DNA of 64,000 nt from the human T2T-CHM13v2.0 reference genome, Homo sapiens, in the NCBI RefSeq assembly GCF_009914755.1, contig NC_060930.1. One strand, written 5' to 3'. Below, in pieces: positions 28,959-37,682 of this stretch. Numbering within the stretch: position 1 is the first letter of the stretch; each line of letters starts with the position of its first letter. The notes below the pieces were generated by a model. The model ran no database searches. It saw only the letters and a program-made list of their open reading frames with translations, and was not told where the DNA came from. The position numbers and the translations under genes were made by a program.

Positions 28959-29268
28959 GGCCGGGCACTGTGGCTCATGCCCGTAATCCCAGCACTTTGG
29001 GAGGCCGAGATGGGTGGATCACAAGGTCAGGAGTTCAAGACCAGCCTGGCCAACATGGTGAAACCCTGTCTCCACTAAAAATAGAAAAATTAGCTGGGCG
29101 TGGTGGCGCCCACCTGTAATCCCAGCTACTCAGGAGGCTGAGGCAGGAGAATTGCTTGACCCGGGAGGCAGAGGTTGCAGTGAGCCAAGATCGTGCCACT
29201 GCACTACAGCCTGGGCGACAGAGCAAGACAGCATCTCAAAATAAATAAATAAACAAAAATAAATAAAA
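28959..29268 (+). mobile_element. AluS
   Basis: Full Alu; TSD AAAATAGAYGAAATC. Confidence 0.95.
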
Positions 29269-30039
29269 TAAAATAGACGAAATCTGAACACATAAAGAGT
29301 ACTGTTGTTAATTTTGATCTTTCTGAAGAGTCAAAACATAGGACAGGATGTATTTATATATTATAAAGAAGACACTGAGTATAGATAGTACAGATATGAT
29401 TCCTCCTGTAAGTCAGAAAGTGAAAAAAAATTGGCTGTCTTCAAACAATTTAGAAAAAAAAAGTTAAAGATTTGCCTTCAGTTTCTTCACATTCTTTATC
29501 CAAAGAAGGACAGAAAACCTGAGAATAAAGAATATTCTCTGAGCCTCAAAAGCAAGGAAGGAAAGTGGTCAAAGACACGAATGAGAGGAGGCAATGAGAA
29601 GTAAGCCACAAGGCTTTCTGAGGGAAAGGGACCGAGTTCACAACGTATCAATAAAATAAGAAAGGCCAGAAAATAGTGGTATGGAAGAGAGAAGCTTAGT
29701 GTAAATATTGAAAGAGGACTCTCATATTTGCTGTGATATCTAAGAGTCAGCAGTGAATGTTTGACATGCACTACCTTAGACTTTTGGCTCCACTAAATGG
29801 CAGTTAAAAAAAAATCAAAACAAAACAATCATTTAAAAAGACCAAATCTGCTTCTAGAATGTCTCCAATCTGTTATATTTTATAGCCCCACTAAAAATGA
29901 ATTAAGTATGCTTCTAATCTAATCGGATCCAAATTATAAATAGACCAAGTGATATATTATCTAGTTAGATACACATGCAGTTTTAATGGAAGCCTCTAAT
30001 TAGGCCTGACTGCCTTCTGTACTGCTTCTCCTCATCGAG

Positions 30040-30510
30040 AAATTTTCTGTTCAAGTGATGGGGGGGCAGGGGGCGGGTCTCCTGGTCCTTAGGGGCTGAA
30101 TGCTGATTAGTCCAAACCAAAAATAGAAATGCCCAATTTCTTCATCAATGACTGGCTTAGAAAAGGGCATGTGACCCAATCCCAGTCAATAGAAACTGAG
30201 AGGAAGTCTGCTAGAGGGTTTCTGGGAAAGGTTTTCTTCCCCGAGAGAGAGACGTGGGAAGAAACTCTTTTCTTCTTAGCTGCAGATAGTCATGTCTGCA
30301 CATGGTGCCTGGAATAGCATGCTGTAGGAATGGAGACATCATTTGCTATGCTGAGGAAGGAGAACAAAAAAAAGAAAGCAGACAAGTAATGTAGTTGAGC
30401 CAATGAATCAATCAAGCTTGGAACTGCCAACCTCCAGACTTATTATGTGAAATAATAAACTTATTGTTACATTTTCAATCTATTTATTACTCAATTGGAT
30501 AGCAACTAGA
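30040..30510 (+). mobile_element. Old MaLR/ERVL LTR (MLT1/LTR16-like)
   Basis: GGGCATGTGACCCAATCCCAGTCAATAG...GGAAGTCTGCT...TTCTGGGAAAG; CCTCCAGACTTATTATGTGAAATAATAAAC. Confidence 0.6.
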
Positions 30511-32444
30511 TACTGCAACTCCAACTGTAACTCTAACAGCTATAAATGTGCATCCTACCCAGCAACGAAAGTTTCATTTCTCCTGGAGGTGGGGGGGTAA
30601 TAATCACTTTACTAAATGAAAGCCTCCACCACCCCACTTACCAAAGATAAGTATTTTGTTGCTTATTCTAAATTTTCTATCTTAAGCCAATTTACTTTCA
30701 GACAATATTGATTGCTGGCAAACTTATGAAAATGACCAAATGACCATTCTTGGAAAAGTACTTGGCTATTCTGGATAGGCCTCAAAATCTTTTGATACAT
30801 ATGTGCTCTCATATTTTCCTCCTTAATTACATGTATCATCAAGACTATAGTTCACCAGTAGACTATATTAGGAAAGTGGGCCAGTATTAATACTCCCATT
30901 CCTTTGTTTAGAGAATCAAGAGTATCAAAAGGTGTAATTCTTCTTTTTAAAGTTTCTTTAAAAACCCAGTATAAAGCCTTGGATGAGAATAGAAAACCTT
31001 CTTCAAAAGCAGGAAACAAGTCTTACTGATCTTCAAGTCCTAAGTACAGTGACTGCCTGGCCCAGAATATTTCTCAAAAATGTGAATATATTTAAACATG
31101 CTGATGTGGAATCAATAAATTGAGAACTGGGGTATAAACAAAAGATGCTATCTCCCAATGTGTCCATTTTTTTTTTTTTTAACAGATTTAGCTGCTTGGA
31201 ATTGAATTCATTCTACCACCTTGTCATCGTTTCTCCCTTGCCAACTACAGCCCTTTTAGCTGACCTATAGCAATTAAGGGCTTTCAGGAGCAGCTGCAGA
31301 AATTGCATATGCACCACAGCTTTTGCTGCTTTACTAATGAATAACAGAAAGCATTATGGAGTGCTACATTTGAATTAATATTTGCTTTCTCATGTGAGGC
31401 TGATGCTAAAATGGTAGGCAGTGAAGCTGGAGAGGTAAGTGAAAGCCAGATAATGCTGGGTACTATATGACATTAAGAAGTTTAAATTCAATTCTATTCT
31501 AAAGGGCTTTTGCCAGTAAAGTTACATAGATTTTCATTTTAGATAAATGGCTCTACAGCTATGTGGAGGATAGATATAAAAGTGGAGGGTGAGTTTAATC
31601 TGGAGAAGAAGACATAGCAGTGACAGAACTAGAACAGCGGTATCGGGGGCAGAAATTCATTTAGGAGCTATTTCTACTTGGATGTCTCATAGGCAACTTA
31701 AACTCAACATGTCTAAAACAGCAGTCATTTTTCCCCTAAATTGACCCCCTGCCACTCTTTTGTCTCAGAAAACAATTGCACAATTCACCAAGTACCTCAA
31801 GCCAAAAACTTTAGAGCCATGCTTAATTTTGTTATTTTCCTCATCTTCTAAATCCAACTAAATACTATATCCTGTGGTTTCTAACTCCTTGATATCTATC
31901 AGACCCATTTTAATTTTTTCCACTCCCTCCTGCCCTACCTCACATCCTAGTCCACTATCACTTTTGTCATAGGCTAGTAGGACAACCTCCTAATTGATGT
32001 CACACATCCACTTTTGACCATGGAAATCCATTCTCTAGAGTGATCCTTCTGACACACTATCAATCACTATACTACCTTGCTCAAAATCCCCCAGTGGCTT
32101 CCATTATTTCTATGATAAAGTCCACAACCCTTAAATAGCCTATAAGCCCCTCTGGGATCTGGTTTCTGCCTAGTAATAGCAGGCATACCTAACATTAACT
32201 GAGCATTTCTTTTATGCTAGGCACTGTGCTATGCTTTGCAAACATCATTTATTTTATTCTCACAGCAACATTGTGAGGCAGGAACCATAAGCATAATGCT
32301 CATTTTGCAGATGAGGAAACTGAATCAAGGAGAGATTATGTAACTTATTCAAAGTTGTAGAGTTAATAAAGTACAGTCCCATACTGCGTAACATTTCAGC
32401 TGATGATGGACCCCCATATGCAACAGTGGCCTCATAAGATTACA

Positions 32445-33262
32445 CACTTGACCCTTGAACAACAAGGGGGTTAGGGGGCCAACCCTCCACACAGTTGAAA
32501 ATCTGTGTTTAACTTGTGACTCCCTCCAAACTTAGCCAACAATAGCCTACTGTTGACTGGAAACCTTACTGATAATATAAACAGTCAATTAACACATATT
32601 TTGTATGTTATACATATTATATACTGTATTCTTACAATAAAATAAGCTAGAGAAAAGAAAATGTTATTAAGAAAATCATAATGAAGAGATCATATATTTA
32701 CCATTCATTAAGTGGACGTGGATAATCATGAAGATCTTCATTCTTACGGTCTTCACTTTGAGTACACTGAGGAGGAGGATCAAGAGGAGGGGTTGGTCTT
32801 GCTATCTCAGGGGTGATAGAGGTGGAATAGGCGGAAGGAGAGGCAGAAGAGGCAGGCATACTCAAGTGTAACTTTTGTTTGTTTGTTTGTTTGAAACAGG
32901 GTTTTGCTCTGTCGCCAGAGGGCTGGAGGACAATGAGACAATCACAGCTCACTGCAACCTCGAACTCTTGGGCTCAAGCGATCCTCCTGCCTTAGCCTCC
33001 TGAATAGCTGGTACTACAGGTGTGCTCCACTGCACCCAGCTAATTTTTTTTTCTTGACTTTTTGTAGAGATGGGTCTTGCTATGTTGTTCAGGCTGGTCT
33101 CCAACTCCTGACCTCAGGAGATCTTTCCACCTCAGCCTTCCAAAGTGCTGGGATTACAGGTGTGAGCCACCCCGCCCAACTTAGTATAACTTCTATTGAA
33201 AAAATAATCTTCCTATAAGTGGACTCATGCAGTTCAAACCTATGCTGTTCAAGGGTCAATTG
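32445..33262 (-). mobile_element. Tigger2a (MER28-like) split by an Alu
   Basis: TIRs CACTTGACCCTTGAACAAC...GCTGTTCAAGGGTCAATTG. Confidence 0.8.
32873..33180 (-). mobile_element. AluJ-like (innermost element)
   Basis: Antisense Alu with (TTTG)n tail; TSD AGTRTAACTT. Confidence 0.92.
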
Positions 33263-34309
33263 TAATTCTATATTATTACTCTACCTTTTCTATGTTTAGA
33301 TACACAAATACTTACCATTGCATTACAATTGCCAAAGCGTATTCAGTACAGTGACACGCTGTACGGGTTTGTAGCCTAGAAACAACAGGCTATATAACAC
33401 ATAGCCTAGGTGTGTAGTATCTAGGTTTGTGTGATTTCACCCTATGATGTTCAAACAAATATGATACCACCTAACGATGCATTTCTCAGAGTGTATCACC
33501 ATCATTAAGTGACACATGACAGTATCGCAGCCAGGTCTGCCAAACTCCAGAGTATGTCCTCTTAAGCTATTCACGCCACCCTCAAACTGTCTGCCCCAGC
33601 CATATTGCATTACTTTCAGCTCCTAGAACTCATCTGCTCTCCTTGGCATGAGGCCTTCATACATACCGTTCCCTATGTCCGGAATGTCCCCTCACAAATC
33701 TCACCTTTACATGGGTAATATTTATTCATTTATCATGTCTCTGCTTAAATGTCATTGCCTCAGGAAAGCTTTCCCTTACTATCTAAAATTAAATTTTATA
33801 TTTGTTTACTTCTTTATGGTCTGTTTCCCTTTGGTATGATGTCAAAATTGTTACCACTGGTCCTCAGTTCTCAGAATGACATTCAGCAGGAGTTCAATAA
33901 ACATTTGTTGCATAACTGCAAGCATAAATGAATGATGCTGGGGTGGAAACTCCCTAAACTGAAAACTTCATCTATTCAGACTACTGATGAAAAACAGAAA
34001 GAAAGTATAAATTTGTTCATCCACTGGATATTTATTTAGTAGCTTCCAGGTCCCAGCCAGTACTCTTAAGAACTCATAGCCTTCCTATGGGAGACAGACA
34101 CAAAAGCATGTGCTTATAACACAATATAAGTAAATTGCCTTTTATAATTGTACAATAGATGCAGAGATGGAAAAAAAGAGTATAAGTCTATAGGGAACCT
34201 TCCCAGGAAATTCCTGAGTCCTTTTGCAGGATGAAAGAGTCTTGAAATATATATTGCATAGTCTATGTATTTCACTTATGAAAGGGAGAGGAGCATCTAC
34301 TATATATAC

Positions 34310-34480
34310 CAGAGTACTTTACATCTGATTTAATTCCCACAAGAGCTCTGTGTTGTTATTCCCATTTTACAGATGTGGAAATCCAAGCTAAGAAAGGTCA
34401 AGGAATTTGCCCAAGGTTACAGGCAAGGACATTAGTAAAGGAGTGGAATTTGAGCCCAACTCTGACTCCAGTACCCACTT
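34310..34480 (-). mobile_element. MIR
   Basis: CCCATTTTACAGATGTGGAAA...TTGCCCAAGGTTACA. Confidence 0.75.
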
Positions 34481-35901
34481 ATTTATCATTATATTGAAAT
34501 CCTTTGATACTATGCTCCCCAGAGCCTGCTTACTTTTATTTTCAATATAACTCTTAACACGATTGGTTATCTGGTTTCCCATTCTAATATGAATTAAGCA
34601 GCAAAATGAAAGATCAGGAAGAGACCAAAGTCAAGTATCCTGACGGCAAAGGAAAGAACAGAAAAACTATAAAAATTACACACAAAAATACAAAAACTAA
34701 TGGATCATATAGTCAGTCCTCCACCCTTTGCTGCACAACAATAGTTGATATGCATAATGATGACCCCATTATGGACAAAAATGGTTGTTACAGTCACTAC
34801 AGTCTAGAAGATAGAGAAATAACTTTTTGTGTTTCAAAGGGTAAACTTCAGTTACCTAGTATATTAATTCCTCTCGGGTAACTCTGAATTGTAACAATTG
34901 TTTCCAAAGTGTTAGTGAGAAGAAATATCCCAAGATCTTAAATAGAGTCTTCATTTTGTGGATATTATTTTTCTGTTGCTTTAAACTAAATTCAAGCCAG
35001 TATATAAAAACTGTCACTTTTAACTTACATAGTTACCCAAGTACATTTTAAATTTTAAAAATCTCTCATACAGGACTTTGGACAACACACGTGGATTGAG
35101 AAATGTAAAGATTGACAAGCATATATAAGGTGTTGCTGAATATTGTCAATATCTAAAAACTTAAAAAAAAGTATTCTAAGACACCTTGTAATAAAACAGG
35201 ATAAATTATGAACGAAATGGAGGAAAAACTATAATATTTTTAACCTGCTGCACTCGTATCTTAAATAGCTACACATGTGAAAAAGAAACAATTCAGGCAA
35301 ACACAGAGAAAGCTAGTTGAGCAATTTGCCATAAAAGTGTTTCTATCAAATACCCCACCTGGGTCCACCTTTTCAACATGAAGATATTAGCTTCTTTTAA
35401 GATAGGTTTTTATTATTTTATATAATTCTCTTCTTGAAAAAAGAGAGGTTGCATTTAGAGAACACATCCTGGTTTGTTTTGTTTTTAAAAATAAGAGAAA
35501 ATTGTTCCACCAATTATCTTGAACAGGCTGACTAGGAAACATTTAATATCCTTTATCATTTTAGAGGCTTTTAAATGTGAGCCTTTACACTCAGAACACT
35601 GTGACAATGTGAAAAAAAAACACTGGCTACATTTTCCAACAACATGTAAAAAGAAATATAAGGAAAAACAAGTATTTACTTGGAATTAACTGTAGTTTTC
35701 ATATATTCTTCCAGGAGCAAAGCAGTTTCTGCCTAAAACTCTAGAAAAACACTACTTGTTTACTTACAGAACACTCTAAAGATGTAAACTCATAATAAAA
35801 GTTTACATAACAACCTAATAGAAACAAACACAACGTGAATAACGGCAAGTAAAATTTAACTGTAGTAGAGACATAGTTGTATTTAAAATGCTCTTCCTTA
35901 C

Positions 35902-36180
35902 CTGGATGCTCTTCAGAATAAACTCACTTTTCTCTCTCACATCTTTGAAGGGACACCTCTTAGAAAGCATAAGCAGATGAGCAAGTAGCTTATTCAACCC
36001 ATCCGAAGACTCGGTATTTGAAAGCCCGTCTGATGGACGATGAGGTGTTTCTTTCACCGAACGAAGATACTCGGTTTTCCTCAAAATGGTTTGCCTAATG
36101 TTTTCCAATGCTGTCTCCCTAGTAGTTGAATCTCTGCTGCAGAGTCCATCCCATCTCACTTCATTCTCTCCTTCAGCCAT
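35902..36180 (-). CDS. SESN1: Sestrin-1 long isoform (T1/PA26), first coding exon, codons 1-93; remaining exons lie beyond the window start
   Basis: Translation MAEGENEVRWDGLCSRDSTTRETALENIRQTILRKTEYLRSVKETPHRPSDGLSNTESSDGLNKLLAHLLMLSKRCPFKDVREKSEFILKSIQ is recognised as the human SESN1 N-terminus. Strong Kozak (gtcATGG); 279 nt ending at a phase-0 CAG|GTAAGG donor (GT at 35901-35900); adjacent to a CpG island. Confidence 0.96.
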
Positions 36181-36620
36181 GACAATAGTTTTTCCTTTGC
36201 GGTCTTCAGTTACCTTTCAGCATGCCCCAAAAAAATTGCTTTGTATTTTTAAAATGAAAAATGTAAAAATAAAATCAGAGAAATCAAATCGTCATGAAAA
36301 CACACATCTGGGTGACATTTGGAACCACTGGTGCCTTCAGCCGATCTACAAGCTAGGTCACCCTCTCACCCTCTCCTTGTACACGAAAGGGCAGTCTTCT
36401 TTCTGGAAAAACAAAGTTTGAAAGTTGCAACCTTGCAGCGCTGGCTTTGGTGGGCAGAGAATTTCGGGGAAGCGTTCTCCTCCGTCTCGCGGGGTCAGTG
36501 GATATCCTCACGTTGTGGAGCTGTCAAATCCGTGCTCTGCCCCAAAAGGCTGTTAACAGCTGAACGCCCTCCAGCCATTCGGGGCTTTTTTGTCTGTGCA
36601 GCCACCGGGTTCTCTCCGGC
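36181..36620 (-). other. SESN1: SESN1 exon 1 5'UTR (upstream boundary/TSS approximate)
   Basis: Contiguous sequence between the ATG and the GC boxes of the CpG island; the TSS cannot be fixed from sequence alone. Confidence 0.6.
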
Positions 36621-37242
36621 GTTCCCACCCCGCCCCTTCTCCGACACCAGTCCCCGCCCTCCGCAGCTCCTCCCAGCGCCTCAGCAGCCGGCCGGCGCCG
36701 GCAGGGAAGGCTCGCCGAACCCTGGCCCACTGGCCGCAGCGGCCGGAGGCTTGGGCGCTGTCGGAGGGCGGCAGTCTCGGGCAGCCGTAGTCTCGGCGGG
36801 CGGCGGTGAAAAAAAGCGTCCCCCAGCCCCGCCAATTCGGCACCCCCGGGAAGACGCTACTTCTCCGATCCCTGAGCCCTCGCCCACCACCGCCGAGCCA
36901 GAGGGCACAGGGCGGCCCTGGCAATCCTCGAGCGCCAGGCTGGGCCGCGGAGCTGGCGGGGCGGCGGGGCCCGAGGCGCAAAGCCCGCCCTTCGCCCAGC
37001 CCCATCGGTGGGGATCAGCCCAGAGGGCGGGAGCAGGGAGTGGAGACGGGGTCCTCACCCCCAGCCCCTCCCCTTTCTCCGCCCGGCACAAACCGGGAGC
37101 CGCCCCGGCCCCAGCGCCTTCTTCCCCGCCCAGGCAGACGCGACCCGCCGAGGCAAAGCCTTAGGAAAAAGCCCCGCCCTCTGGCAGGCTACCCTCCGGA
37201 CCCCAAGTGCGCCGCGCGCGGCTGCCAGCCACTGCCGGCTGC

Positions 37243-37254
37243 TACGCATGCGTG
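37243..37254. promoter_or_regulatory. NRF1-like site
   Basis: Palindromic ACGCATGCGT core vs consensus TGCGCATGCGCA, within the CpG island. Confidence 0.55.
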
Positions 37255-37259
37255 ACTGC

Positions 37260-37358
37260 GAACTGGGCCAAGCGCCCCCGGAGGCGCTAAGCTTGCGCCC
37301 TGAGGCGGTTTCCGTTCCCGGACGTTTGGACTCTGTCCTGGAGAAGGGGAAGGAAAAA
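37260..37358 (+). other. CEP57L1: Candidate non-coding first exon (upstream variant) of the divergent gene
   Basis: AAA|GTAAGA donor (GT 37359-37360) inside the CpG island, no ATG in the exon. Gene name comes from recalled head-to-head SESN1/CEP57L1 arrangement, not from coding sequence; start approximate. Confidence 0.5.
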
Positions 37359-37529
37359 GTAAGACGTAGAAGTACACTGAGACTTCGTCACACATAAAAC
37401 AAGCACGACAAAGAAAGAGGGCGCGAAGGGACTCCTGGAAGAAATTGAGTCTACATTTAAGATCACCCTAAAAGTAGTGACGGCCTCTTCATTACTCCAA
37501 ACCCCAGATTTAAGTCGGTAGGACGTCTT

Positions 37530-37557
37530 CGCGTTGACTTGTGGGGAATGTAGTTTC
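37530..37557 (-). promoter_or_regulatory. ZNF143/SBS (ACTACA-CCCA) motif
   Basis: Minus strand reads GAAACTACATTCCCCACAAGTCAACGCG, matching ACTACAnTCCCA followed by an SBS-like tail ending GCG. Confidence 0.8.
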
Positions 37558-37586
37558 GATGCTGCCGGCGCGTTTTGTTTGCGACA

Positions 37587-37614
37587 GAAACTACAACCCC
37601 CAGGGGCCACCGCG
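37587..37614 (+). promoter_or_regulatory. ZNF143/SBS (ACTACA-CCCA) motif
   Basis: GAAACTACAACCCCCAGGGGCCACCGCG. Confidence 0.8.
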
Positions 37615-37682
37615 ACGTTGCCTGTGGGTGCCCGCGAACCAACGGTTAGCGGTGGCAGGGGCTGACTGAGAGCGTCTGCTTG
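37615..37682 (+). other. CEP57L1: Candidate non-coding first exon (downstream variant) of the divergent gene
   Basis: TTG|GTAAGC donor (GT 37683-37684) just downstream of the ZNF143 motifs; no ATG. Gene identity from recalled synteny; start approximate. Confidence 0.65.

Larger units (their letters stand above)
32374..33522 (+). mobile_element. Tigger3a split by Tigger2a
   Basis: TA-CAGTCCCA...CATAAGATTA, then resumes at 33265 through CACATGACAG-TA. Confidence 0.8.
32175..33578 (-). mobile_element. MIR split by Tigger3a
   Basis: CATTTTGCAGATGAGGAAACTGA core at ~32300; remainder CCAGGTCTGCCAAACTCCAGAG...CTCTTAA after 33523. Confidence 0.7.
31665..33935 (+). mobile_element. L2 3' region (outer host of the nested stack)
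   Basis: CTACTTGGATGTCTCATAGGCAACTTAAACTCAACATGTCTAAAAC; resumes at ~33580 and ends TTCAATAAACATTTGTTG...AATGAATGA. Confidence 0.7.

Noticed and set aside
35815-35901. ORF-track extension VRKSILNTT...CFY of the SESN1 ORF
   Set aside because: Read-through past the CAG|GTAAGG donor into the intron; not part of spliced SESN1.
36549-36560. 12-bp perfect palindrome GCTGTTAACAGC in the SESN1 leader
   Set aside because: Palindromes of this length are expected several times by chance in 64 kb; no factor or structure could be assigned.
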